The notes under the pieces: generated by a model
What the model saw: the letters and a program-made list of their open reading frames with translations, nothing else
Database searches by the model: none
What the model was told of the DNA's origin: nothing
From: Candidatus Cloacimonadota bacterium
GTDB taxonomy: Bacteria; Cloacimonadota; Cloacimonadia; Cloacimonadales; PWNZ01
Direction of reading: 5' to 3'
Assembly: GCA_003564155.1 (NCBI GenBank)
Contig: PWOA01000054.1
Span: forward strand, 26,237-90,236
Length of the DNA: 64,000 nt
Program-made: the position numbers and the translations under genes
Shown here: positions 9,201 through 17,688 of the stretch, one piece after another
How positions within the stretch are numbered: position 1 is the first letter of the stretch
Layout of the letters: the number at the start of each line of letters is the position of its first letter

Positions 9201-10515
9201 ATCATCTCATGATACTTATCAAATTATTCCTATTGCTGAAAATGTTAATACACCATCAGGAGTGATAGTTAATGATTATTATCAAGGTAAACTCCACTCT
9301 CATTTCGTAAGCTTATCAAAGCATAGTGGACCGCCCACACCTGCAGGTTTAACTGTTGACCCTAAAGATGAAGAGAGTGTTTTATTAACCTGGAACAGTA
9401 ATGACGCCGATTACTATTATATTTATAGGAAAGATTGTGATTATAACAACAAATATTATAAATCATATGGAGCTGTATTTATCGATAGTGTTACAACAAA
9501 TTACTACTTAGACAGTGGTTTAGAGGCAGGTAAAGACTATTGTTATGCTTTACAGGCGTATAATAGACTTTACCTGCCGCCAAAGAGCGAGTTGTCGCCT
9601 TGGGTAAGAGCAACTCCCAATCCCGTTCCGACAATAATTTCAGCCACACATATAAGCCCTTATGAATTGCATATATTATTTGATATGCAATTAGCTAACG
9701 ACGCCATTAATGTTGGGTTTTACAGGGTTAATAACAACAAGGGAATACCATTATCAGTTAATCATACACACAACCATAAAGGATTGTTACTCAGGTTTCG
9801 TGATCCATTTACTGATCCGCAAGAACCCTATTTTGTTGAGATTAATGGTATAAAGGGAAGGACTGGCGTTCCTGTACCAAATCAGCGTTTCTTTTTCGAA
9901 TTTGAATCCGACTTTACGAAACCGTTAATAGTTTCATATACCGTTCATAAAGAGAGGCAATTGAGAGTAAATTTCAATAAATCTATTAATCCTGATACTG
10001 CTTTAGACGTAAATAACTATGACTTGAAAACCCCTTTAGTGGATAAGCTTAATCGAATCTATGAAGTCAATGTTGCAGATTCGGCACTTGTTTTTATTTT
10101 TAAAAATGATTTAAAAGTCACAAATCAACCTTATTCACTTAAAATGGGGAAAATTGAAGATTTAGCCGGTAATACTTTACCAAACGACAATAATATTCTG
10201 CATTTTCAAGTTGCTAGTATTGACAATCTTGATTATGTCCAGATCGTACCTAACCCTATGATCAAAGGAAATCCTGGACATGCAAATATGCAACTGATAG
10301 GGTTACCATTAAACACTAAAGGTAGTTTTTACTTATATTCTTTAGCTGGTGAACTTATCTATCAAGAGGATATCGATTCACTTACTCCATCACGTAGTAT
10401 TTGGGAATGGAATGTAACTAACAAATCTGGACGCAGGATATCTTCCGGTGCATATTTTTATGTAGTGATTATGGATGATAAAATAAAAAAAGGTAAGTTT
10501 ATTATTGTAAATTAA
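6253..10515 (+). CDS. Secreted S8 subtilisin-like serine peptidase with FG-GAP/VCBS repeats, Fn3 and Ig-like domains and T9SS-like C-terminal domain
   Basis: TTG start with GAGGAAGGA upstream, followed by a signal peptide. The catalytic residues are intact: VAIIDSGL (Asp), HGTHVSGII (His), INLSWG (oxyanion Asn), SGTSMSAPYVSGAIALL (Ser). FG-GAP-like DFNNNGYMNVIAADTDGD and DFTGDGYKEF motifs. Fn3-like LTVDPKDEESVLLTWN...YCYALQAYN. C-terminal tail ...FYLYSLAGELIY...SGAYFYVVIM. Confidence 0.9.
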   Translation: MRFIFLVLLSLFFTQLFVQPLSSIGLKYTPRELIVKTSAPVNTRDLSFAAPELDRLLAELSVKEIKPVTPSATNNYYIVRVTEDFEWNNLRRRIDYARLGSSAGIEHIQPNYINEMLIEPNDPLFSEQYLDLIRIPQAWQYETGSEQVIVAIIDSGLWFEHPEFVCESNIWINHSEYPPNGEDSSGNGYIDDWRGWNFVDAPELSGIAIGNYVGQDNEPFDETGHGTHVSGIIVAKTNNNEGIAGVCWDIKMMILRAGFRTVTGAGYLQDDDAAAAIIYAADNGAHVINLSWGSNRFSRIIADACQYAYEKGSIIVASAGNNPRPEVMYPARLNTTIAVGAVDNNLNPTSFTSYGPDIDLMAPGQNVLSTYLDRDDRIYRRLSGTSMSAPYVSGAIALLLSSEPRLSFEEVKSRLLRSSKDMGVPGFDNRFGHGVLDAEKLLTISTGPYVEVTYPTNNQGFSQSFEIKGTVRTPDFFRYSVMFTDSKEPESFDWKDVITHNNSPHYYYEEVEDDVITKFNIPHTLPDNNYLVRILIEDNRGNSYQSRFRVNVNQSKPKLIAESLTVFERYSANFLYYYIQAKFDQSVSLEIELKKNTDIDNEVQDINIVHSNHSDSLHILKIPKLAHGDYSFRISAVNNSSFRYTSDWYENMLNVRPYAINSGNYQSQIVGPALISIGKSKDYNGNGLPEFIGLEYSPEQDKAEVGVFELNYNREMELQHKFDDYFLPVDSGNTNNGGMEVLGLMLDTAVIFEAYGAEVYPNVTLWSKDAVNGGNFIDWNDNGVDDLFLVRSYEDQTIISFFERTGNTFTERNTLFNKTESDNRNQFVPKVIASDFNNNGYMNVIAADTDGDIMIFEIYNEKQDSLIFQHRLPVSDAYHISSGDFTGDGYKEFCVGGHSFNHADPGKTFWYFEFFGYDRDGINGTSNRFRSLGYVSFDHYEPVNAIKAVDFNEDGKYSLVVALTPYLYIVNYENKEFKPDWQGSSHDTYQIIPIAENVNTPSGVIVNDYYQGKLHSHFVSLSKHSGPPTPAGLTVDPKDEESVLLTWNSNDADYYYIYRKDCDYNNKYYKSYGAVFIDSVTTNYYLDSGLEAGKDYCYALQAYNRLYLPPKSELSPWVRATPNPVPTIISATHISPYELHILFDMQLANDAINVGFYRVNNNKGIPLSVNHTHNHKGLLLRFRDPFTDPQEPYFVEINGIKGRTGVPVPNQRFFFEFESDFTKPLIVSYTVHKERQLRVNFNKSINPDTALDVNNYDLKTPLVDKLNRIYEVNVADSALVFIFKNDLKVTNQPYSLKMGKIEDLAGNTLPNDNNILHFQVASIDNLDYVQIVPNPMIKGNPGHANMQLIGLPLNTKGSFYLYSLAGELIYQEDIDSLTPSRSIWEWNVTNKSGRRISSGAYFYVVIMDDKIKKGKFIIVN

Positions 10516-10851
10516 GTATCAATAATTAGAACGATAGATAAGCTTGAGAGGTCTTTCTACCTATATTATTTCAATATAATATCAAAAGATAGTTATGGGG
10601 ATTGGAGGTAAGATTAAATAATAAATATTATTCTATCAAGTCTCAATTCCTCTGTACATAAAAGATCTATTAATAATAAATAAGGCAATATATCGTCTTT
10701 TATTGAGTATAAGACAAATACTTTCTTGACACAAGAAGGTTGTACTAACATCTTGCTCCATGGGATATCCGACAGCAGATATCTTGATATTATTTGTTAT
10801 GTTGCTTGGTGCGACTTCACACGAAAACTGTTACAGAATCTGGAGGAAATG

Positions 10852-11670
10852 ATGATCTCGTTGGACTGGAAAGATCGACTCACAATTGACACTGAAGATT
10901 TCGTTAATCGCAAGCTTCCTCAAAAAAATTATGATATAGATATAGTGTATAATGCTTATCCGAAGAGAGTCGATAATAAAATACCTGCGGAAGTTATAAA
11001 ATATGTTGGGAAAACCCTTGGTAGCAAGATTGGGAAAAATATAGATCAATATGAAGAATTTCTAGATTATTTATGGGAACAAAAAGGAACTAACGGTCAT
11101 CTCATTTTTATGCATTTAATGAGAATTGCTTTGGTAAAAAAACCGGATATATATATAGATCATCTAAAAAAGAAAGTAGCAAATTGTTCCGATGCCTCAG
11201 AAATGAAAGCATTGATAAAGACAATTATGCCTTTACTAAAGAAAAATCCCAAAACATATATCGATAAACTCTTTGAGTGGTTACATGTTGGGAATACCTT
11301 AATGCAAAAAGAAATTATTAAAGCATTTATTAAAGCAGTGAAAGACGATCCCGAATTGGCACGTTATGTTTTTCAAAAAATGGAAAGAGGATGGCTCTAT
11401 CCTAATCCTTATACAATTAAAACCAGTAGCCAATATCTTAAAGCTATCAGTAAAATTGATCCGAATTATTATTATTCTATTTATGAAAACTATAAGACAA
11501 GCCGTAATCCAGTTTTTGTTGAAATACTTTGTGAAGGTTTATCTCCTATTGAAGATCCAACTGCAAGAGAGAAGATTGAACAGTATGTTATAAATTGGAC
11601 AAAAAGCGGTAATGTCAGGATTAAGAAAGCTGCATTATCAGCAACGAAAATTCTTAATAAAAAGATATAG
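10852..11670 (+). CDS. Hypothetical alpha-helical (HEAT-like) protein, weak DNA-alkylation-repair (AlkD-like) resemblance
   Basis: GGAGG at 10842-10846 precedes ATG 10849/10852. The protein is all-helical and Lys-rich. The C-terminal INWTKSGNVRIKKAAL resembles the W..s.N.wvRRaA motif of AlkD-type HEAT proteins. Function is not established. Confidence 0.5.
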   Translation: MISLDWKDRLTIDTEDFVNRKLPQKNYDIDIVYNAYPKRVDNKIPAEVIKYVGKTLGSKIGKNIDQYEEFLDYLWEQKGTNGHLIFMHLMRIALVKKPDIYIDHLKKKVANCSDASEMKALIKTIMPLLKKNPKTYIDKLFEWLHVGNTLMQKEIIKAFIKAVKDDPELARYVFQKMERGWLYPNPYTIKTSSQYLKAISKIDPNYYYSIYENYKTSRNPVFVEILCEGLSPIEDPTAREKIEQYVINWTKSGNVRIKKAALSATKILNKKI

Positions 11671-11860
11671 ATTATTTTTGGTGACCAAACATCCAATCTG
11701 TTGTACTTGTACAATAGAAGAAGTAATTTGATTATCGGGTCAATTACATAAATCCATACTTAGATATTTATTTGGCCTAACATATTATACTACTTATACT
11801 ACAGTGGAGTGTATTCGTTGTTTATCAAAACAACATAAAAAAATCAATAAGAGGTTTTAT

Positions 11861-12340
11861 ATGAGTAACTTAGACTATATAACAAAGCAAGGTTATGTTA
11901 AACTTAGACAAAGATTAGATTTTCTAAATAATACTGAGCGTCCCGACATTATCAAGCAAGTAGTTACTGCAAGGGAGATGGGTGATTTATCAGAAAATGC
12001 TGAATATCATGCCGCAAGAGAAAAACAAAGACAAATAGATAAAGAGATTACTCATTTAAAAAATAGATTCAATAAATTGCAGGTTATCGATCCCAGTACT
12101 ATGCCTAAGGATGCTGTTAGATTTGGGGCGGTAGTTAGAGTAAAAGAAGCAGAAAAAGTCATGAATTATAGAGTTGTTGGAGTGGATGAGGCAGAATTTT
12201 TAGATGATGTTGAAATTAAACCAATATCTATTGCGTCTCCCATCGGTAGATCTCTGTTGGGTTCTAAACCCGGCCAAACAGTAATAGTCAAAGTTCCGAG
12301 AGGAAATATTGAACTGCATGTTATTGAAATAGTGAAATAG
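11861..12340 (+). CDS. greA: Transcription elongation factor GreA
   Basis: MSNLDYITKQGYVKLRQRLDFL...REMGDLSENAEYHAAREKQ and C-terminal SIASPIGRSLLGSKPGQTV are GreA hallmarks. 159 aa. AAGAGG lies upstream of ATG 11861. Confidence 0.92.
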   Translation: MSNLDYITKQGYVKLRQRLDFLNNTERPDIIKQVVTAREMGDLSENAEYHAAREKQRQIDKEITHLKNRFNKLQVIDPSTMPKDAVRFGAVVRVKEAEKVMNYRVVGVDEAEFLDDVEIKPISIASPIGRSLLGSKPGQTVIVKVPRGNIELHVIEIVK

Positions 12341-12375
12341 TTTGAACTAAACAAAAATTTTTCTATGGAGGAAAT

Positions 12376-13389
12376 TTGGCACAGGTTGTTATTATTGGTG
12401 GTGGTAGTTGGGGTTTAGCTATCGCCAATCTTTTAGCGGATAATAAGGTTACAGTGAGTGTATGGGAATATAATAATAAGTATGTTCGCGAAGTTGAATT
12501 AACAGGCTACAATTCAACTTTTTTACCCGGAATAAGAATCAATGATAGAGTATTAATATCATCTGACATGAACCAAGTATTCAAGGTAGATCCACATATT
12601 CTGATTTTTGCTGTACCTTCACATACTATGCGATCAGTAGCTATACAAGTTAGGAATTGTTTAAAAGATATCAAAAAACTGAAAGCTATCATTAATTTAG
12701 CAAAAGGTGTAGAAGAAAAAACGATGAAAAGAATGTCGGAAGTCTTATTAGATGAATTACCGTCAGTCACGCATCGACTTATTTGTTCTCTTTCTGGTCC
12801 GAGTCACGCCGAAGAAGTTGCAAACTTTATACCTACGACGGTAACTTTAGCTGGAGATGATGATGATAGCTTGGTTTATGCCCAAAGTCTTTTGAGTAAT
12901 GAATATTTTAGAGTTTACACCAGTGAAGATTTAATTGGTGTTGAGCTCGGAGGGGCAGTAAAAAATATTATAGCTATCGCAGCAGGTATAATCGATGGTA
13001 TTGGATTAGGTGATAATACAATGGGAGCTTTATTAACAAGAGGTCTTGCCGAGATTCGAAGATTGGGAGTTAAACTAAATGCACATCCACAAACGTTTAA
13101 CGGTCTTTCGGGTATTGGAGATTTAATTACAACAGCTATAAGTCGACATAGTAGGAATCGTTATGTCGGTTATTGTCTGGGTAAAGGTCAGAAACTTGAT
13201 GATATTCTAAGTAGCATGGCTATGGTAGCCGAAGGAGTTCGTACCACGAGATCTATTTATCATCTATCAAAAAATCTTCAGGTTGATATGCCGATCACAT
13301 GTGAAGTCTACAACATACTTTTCAACAACAAAGATCCCCAGGAGGCGATACGTGAATTAATGACCAGAGATCTGAAAGAAGAAGATTAA
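12376..13389 (+). CDS. gpsA: NAD(P)H-dependent glycerol-3-phosphate dehydrogenase
   Basis: VVIIGGGSWGLAIANLL Rossmann motif, LSGPSHAEEV, GAVKNIIAIAAGI, and 337 aa in length. TTG start preceded by GGAGG. Confidence 0.9.
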   Translation: MAQVVIIGGGSWGLAIANLLADNKVTVSVWEYNNKYVREVELTGYNSTFLPGIRINDRVLISSDMNQVFKVDPHILIFAVPSHTMRSVAIQVRNCLKDIKKLKAIINLAKGVEEKTMKRMSEVLLDELPSVTHRLICSLSGPSHAEEVANFIPTTVTLAGDDDDSLVYAQSLLSNEYFRVYTSEDLIGVELGGAVKNIIAIAAGIIDGIGLGDNTMGALLTRGLAEIRRLGVKLNAHPQTFNGLSGIGDLITTAISRHSRNRYVGYCLGKGQKLDDILSSMAMVAEGVRTTRSIYHLSKNLQVDMPITCEVYNILFNNKDPQEAIRELMTRDLKEED

Positions 13390-14342
13390 TGCAATTAGAT
13401 GAGCACATCAACACTTATGGCTCTTTTTTGAGAAAAAAATATGGTCATAGAGTTTTCAAAGCCGGTGTATCAACCGGCATTCAATGTCCTCACAGAGATG
13501 AGTCCGGTGGCTGTATTTTTTGTTTACCGGAAACATATAACGATATATCAATTGAACATGATATACCCCCCATACATCAATTAGAACAAATAATCCCCAA
13601 AATAAAGAAAGGAACAAAGGTCGGTTCTAACAATAAACCATCCTTTTTGGCTTATTTTCACTCGGGAACTGCCACTGCCGGTGACAGGCGAGTGTTGGAA
13701 TATAAGTTTTTGAATGCCTTGAAGTATAAAGAAGTATGTGGTTTAGTTATTAGTACTAGACCTGACTATATTGATGAAGAAATATTATCGATTCTAAATA
13801 ATTTACCTGGTGACATATATCTAGAACTGGGGTTACAAAGCATTCATAATAAAAGTTTAAAATTTCTTAATAGAGGGCATGAGTTTAGTGAGATAGAAAA
13901 AGCTTTAGAGTTATGCGATAAATATCAAGTAAGAACTGGTGTTCATCTTATATTAGGTATTCCCGGAGAAGATAAAGCAGATCTAATGGAGACGATTTCA
14001 TATGTTAACGGTAAAAAGATCATATCTGAAGTCAAATTACATAATTTAGTAGTTTATCAGCGAACACCTTTAGCTGGATATAGTCAGGAAATTAGGGATA
14101 TGATACCAGAGTTCGAAGAATATATTGAACTCTTAGGTATAACAATTTCTTTTTTACGCCCGGACATTGTGATCGGCAGACTGTTTACATCAAATGTTAA
14201 AGGTAACAATCAAGCACTCAATTCGTTTAGGTATATAGTAAAAAATTGTCGATATGGAGTTAAAAGAGATTGGATGAATAGATTAGTTCATTATTTAAAG
14301 GAAAATAATATAATCCAAGGTATTCATTATGAGGCGATATAA
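13389..14342 (+). CDS. Radical SAM protein, TIGR01212 family
   Basis: N-terminal KAGVSTGIQCPHRDESGGCIFC cluster motif and the Elp3-type core LELGLQSIHNKSLKFLNRGH. The start overlaps the gpsA stop (TAATG). Confidence 0.85.
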   Translation: MQLDEHINTYGSFLRKKYGHRVFKAGVSTGIQCPHRDESGGCIFCLPETYNDISIEHDIPPIHQLEQIIPKIKKGTKVGSNNKPSFLAYFHSGTATAGDRRVLEYKFLNALKYKEVCGLVISTRPDYIDEEILSILNNLPGDIYLELGLQSIHNKSLKFLNRGHEFSEIEKALELCDKYQVRTGVHLILGIPGEDKADLMETISYVNGKKIISEVKLHNLVVYQRTPLAGYSQEIRDMIPEFEEYIELLGITISFLRPDIVIGRLFTSNVKGNNQALNSFRYIVKNCRYGVKRDWMNRLVHYLKENNIIQGIHYEAI

Positions 14343-14363
14343 CTTATTTGTCAGGATAAAATA

Positions 14364-17300
14364 ATGACGAGAAAATTTCAGGAAATCATAAAAAAATATC
14401 AGCGAAAACAGAATCTGGTTTTAGTCACTAAAAACTTGTGTCTGATTATTACTCTATACTTAATATTTCAGAACTTGTTTTTCATCTTTCATTCCTTTAC
14501 TACTGAAAAATTACACGAACTATTTCTTTTTGGTATCAGTTTGAAGGTAGTACTGGGTTTAGTGACTTTATATTTAATCTTAGAAACGAACAATCGATTA
14601 ATTAGCATTCATAAAGCTGCACGTTTACTTGATATATTTAACAACGACGATAATGACACATATCAAAATGCTTTAGAACTTTTTGAACAAAGACATGATC
14701 AACATCAAGATGTAATCGATGTACTGTGTCAGCATGCAGATAAAAAAGCCAGTAATCAAGTAATAATACCTGACACTACAGAACTGAAAACTGCCATAAA
14801 TACTTTTGTGATCACTGTATTAGTCTCTCTTATATTTTCCCTCATAACACCGGCTGCTTATATAGATTCTTGGTATGATTTTGCTCTTAATAGAGAAATA
14901 TTACCGGATTATAAAGATCATATTGAACTAAAACCGGGAGATATTTCTGTAACAAAAAATTCAGAAGTTGAAATTGAGGTTGTTAAACCGGAGCTTAATT
15001 TAACACATACATTATATTATCGTTTCTATGATAATCATGATTATAATGAAAAAATTCAAAGAGACGAGAATAAATGGCGTTCGGAAACTTTATATAATAA
15101 TTGGAAAGTATTCAATAATTTAGATAGAAATACCGAGTATTACATTGATAATCCATTTGCAGTATCAGATACTTTCAGGATTTTAGTGTTTGAAGAACCT
15201 GCAGTCAAAAACCTTACTCTCAGGTATAGTTATCCATCCTATACAAATTTGGAATCAGAAACTGACTACCAAAGTAATGGTAATATTAGGGCAATTAGTA
15301 ATACAAGTGTTAACATTGAACTGGAGGCAAATAATCCTCTTCAGGAAGCTGTTATTATTTTTTCAGATGGGAATGTTAAAACAATGGAAAGGATGGGAAG
15401 AGCTTCATTTGAACAGAGCTTTCAAGTATTGCAAAGCGGTTCTTATTATTTTCAACTGGAAGATTTTTTAGGTAATAAATCTCGACGAGTTGATCGAATG
15501 ATTAGTATGACTGAGGATAAACCCCCTGAGATAAAAATTGTGTATCCAGGTAAAGATACCATCTTTTCTCAAAATATGATGCAACCTTTAACATTCTTTG
15601 CATCTGATGATTTTGGGTTGGCTAACCTAAAATTAAATTATTACATAAATGACAATGAAGCGATAAAAAAAGTTATCCAAGAAGATATTGCAGGGAATAT
15701 ATTTGAACATGATTATATTTTCGATCTTTCAGACTCTTATATGTTACCTGGCGATGTGGTAACTTATTGGGCTGAAATAACCGATAATGCACCTAATCCC
15801 CAGACATCTCAATCTAAAACATATAGACTTCGTTTTCCCTCAGTCGAAGAAATATTTGCTGAAATCGAACGTGAAGAACAGCAAAAAATGCAAGCCTTTA
15901 ACGAGGGTTTGGAGAGCTCAAGAAGCTTGCAAGAAGACTTTGAACGAAAAAGAAGAGATATGATGAAACGTGATGAGTTTGATTGGGAAGATAAACACGA
16001 TCTGGAACAGTTTCTTGATCGGCAAGAAGATATTAATAAAATGGTTGAAAATCTCGCTCAAGAATATGAAGACCTCTTAAATAAGTTTCAAGATAATCCT
16101 TCACTATCCCAAGAAACACTTGATAAGATGGAACGAATTAAAGAGCTTATGGAAGAAATTGCCGATGACAGAATGAAAAGTGTCATGGAAGAGATGAGAA
16201 GTGCCATGGATAAGATGGATCGTGATGAAATACTTAAACTGATGGAAGATTTTAAATTTTCCATGGAAGATTTTGACAATAAATTACAGAACACCCTTGA
16301 TTTACTACAGAACATTAAAAAAGAACAAAGCTTACAGAAAACTCTTGCTATTTCGAAAGAGATGGAACAAATGCAACAGAAATTGCTTGAAAGAACTACT
16401 GAACAAGAAACTGAAAGTTCTATTCTCGAACATGAACAACAAGTAATAAAGGACAAACTGGAAGCATTAACAGATCAGCTTGAAGATACGATTGATCAAA
16501 TGGATACCGATAAAGATTCTGAAATCTTGGAGATGTTAAATGAAATCAAAGAACAATTAAATCAAGAGGGTAGTATTGAAGATAATATTGATCATAGTAT
16601 TGGTAGTTTACAAGATAACAATATGGAAGCAGCTACTATTGATCAACAACAAGCTCTTCAGCAGATGCAACAAATGACAGCTCAATTAACCGAAATATCT
16701 GAAATGATGATGCAAGGAAGTATGGACGAAATGTTCGAAATAGTCCAGAAAACTATCCGTCGTTTACTTACTTTATCGGGAGAACATCAGAATATTTCCC
16801 AACGATTGGTTCGGGATCCATTCCCCATATACCCCAACCTGATTGCCGGATATGATACTTTACAGTTGATCTTACAAAAATTGTACAGCTCTCCTGAAAT
16901 AGTACTTTTTATTACTCCAAAATTTATTATGGATGCTGATATGACTATTTCAGCATATCGAGAGATGTTTCATCATATAGTCAATAGTCGTAATCCTAAT
17001 ATAAATAATAGGTTAGTTGATGTACAAAAAGGTTTAAATCTAATGATTTTTAATTTGTTGCAAACTACAGATAATATGCAACAAGGCGGCGGCGGCGGAG
17101 GCATGGAAAGTTTTATGCAAGCTATGCAGCAAATGGGTGAAGAACAGATGAGCTTGAATATGTTAACACAAGAATTGTTGGAACAACTATCTCAAGGTCA
17201 AGGCTCTTCTCATGAATTACGGCAACAAATGCAAAGAATAGCTGCTGAAGAAGAAAGGCTGGCAGAAAACTTAAAAAGAATGATGGAAACGAATCCTGAG

Positions 17301-17648
17301 GCTCAAAAACAAGCTAATGCCATAAATCAGATGATTGAAGAATTGGAGTCCGTTTCCCGTAATTTGAGAAGAAATCGTCTCGATGAATCTGTCATAGAAC
17401 AACAAGAAAGGATATTATCTCGATTACTAGATGCTCATAAATCAATTCATCAAAGAGAGTTTTCCGAGCAAAGAAGAGGTGAAACCAGAGAGTTCGAAGA
17501 TTGGAATATGCCTGAAGAGATTCGACAGGAATTTCAAAGATTAAGACAACAGTCTTTACTTGAAGAAAGCTTTAGATCATTCCCCAGAGAATACCAAGAA
17601 TTGATTAGAGAATATTTGAGAATCATTAACCGCAGAGCAATAGAATAA
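14364..17648 (+). CDS. Large membrane-anchored protein with Ig-like modules and a ~600-aa Glu/Gln/Met-rich coiled coil (DUF4175-like)
   Basis: N-terminal hydrophobic helices. The middle region has PPEIKIVYPGKD...FFASDDFGLANLKLNY...GDVVTYWAEITDN. A long acidic heptad-like region contains a GGGGGG run. The C-terminal FPREYQELIREYLRII is typical of DUF4175-type proteins; this comes from memory, not from a search. Confidence 0.75.
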   Translation: MTRKFQEIIKKYQRKQNLVLVTKNLCLIITLYLIFQNLFFIFHSFTTEKLHELFLFGISLKVVLGLVTLYLILETNNRLISIHKAARLLDIFNNDDNDTYQNALELFEQRHDQHQDVIDVLCQHADKKASNQVIIPDTTELKTAINTFVITVLVSLIFSLITPAAYIDSWYDFALNREILPDYKDHIELKPGDISVTKNSEVEIEVVKPELNLTHTLYYRFYDNHDYNEKIQRDENKWRSETLYNNWKVFNNLDRNTEYYIDNPFAVSDTFRILVFEEPAVKNLTLRYSYPSYTNLESETDYQSNGNIRAISNTSVNIELEANNPLQEAVIIFSDGNVKTMERMGRASFEQSFQVLQSGSYYFQLEDFLGNKSRRVDRMISMTEDKPPEIKIVYPGKDTIFSQNMMQPLTFFASDDFGLANLKLNYYINDNEAIKKVIQEDIAGNIFEHDYIFDLSDSYMLPGDVVTYWAEITDNAPNPQTSQSKTYRLRFPSVEEIFAEIEREEQQKMQAFNEGLESSRSLQEDFERKRRDMMKRDEFDWEDKHDLEQFLDRQEDINKMVENLAQEYEDLLNKFQDNPSLSQETLDKMERIKELMEEIADDRMKSVMEEMRSAMDKMDRDEILKLMEDFKFSMEDFDNKLQNTLDLLQNIKKEQSLQKTLAISKEMEQMQQKLLERTTEQETESSILEHEQQVIKDKLEALTDQLEDTIDQMDTDKDSEILEMLNEIKEQLNQEGSIEDNIDHSIGSLQDNNMEAATIDQQQALQQMQQMTAQLTEISEMMMQGSMDEMFEIVQKTIRRLLTLSGEHQNISQRLVRDPFPIYPNLIAGYDTLQLILQKLYSSPEIVLFITPKFIMDADMTISAYREMFHHIVNSRNPNINNRLVDVQKGLNLMIFNLLQTTDNMQQGGGGGGMESFMQAMQQMGEEQMSLNMLTQELLEQLSQGQGSSHELRQQMQRIAAEEERLAENLKRMMETNPEAQKQANAINQMIEELESVSRNLRRNRLDESVIEQQERILSRLLDAHKSIHQREFSEQRRGETREFEDWNMPEEIRQEFQRLRQQSLLEESFRSFPREYQELIREYLRIINRRAIE

Positions 17649-17688
17649 ACATAGGAAACTGCATTTTGTAAATGTATAATGAGGAAAA

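Noticed and set aside
16088-16456. 122-aa antisense ORF inside the coiled-coil gene
   Set aside because: It is a by-product of the GAA/CAA/ATG-rich repetitive coding strand. The product is a Ser/Cys/Leu/Ile low-complexity string.
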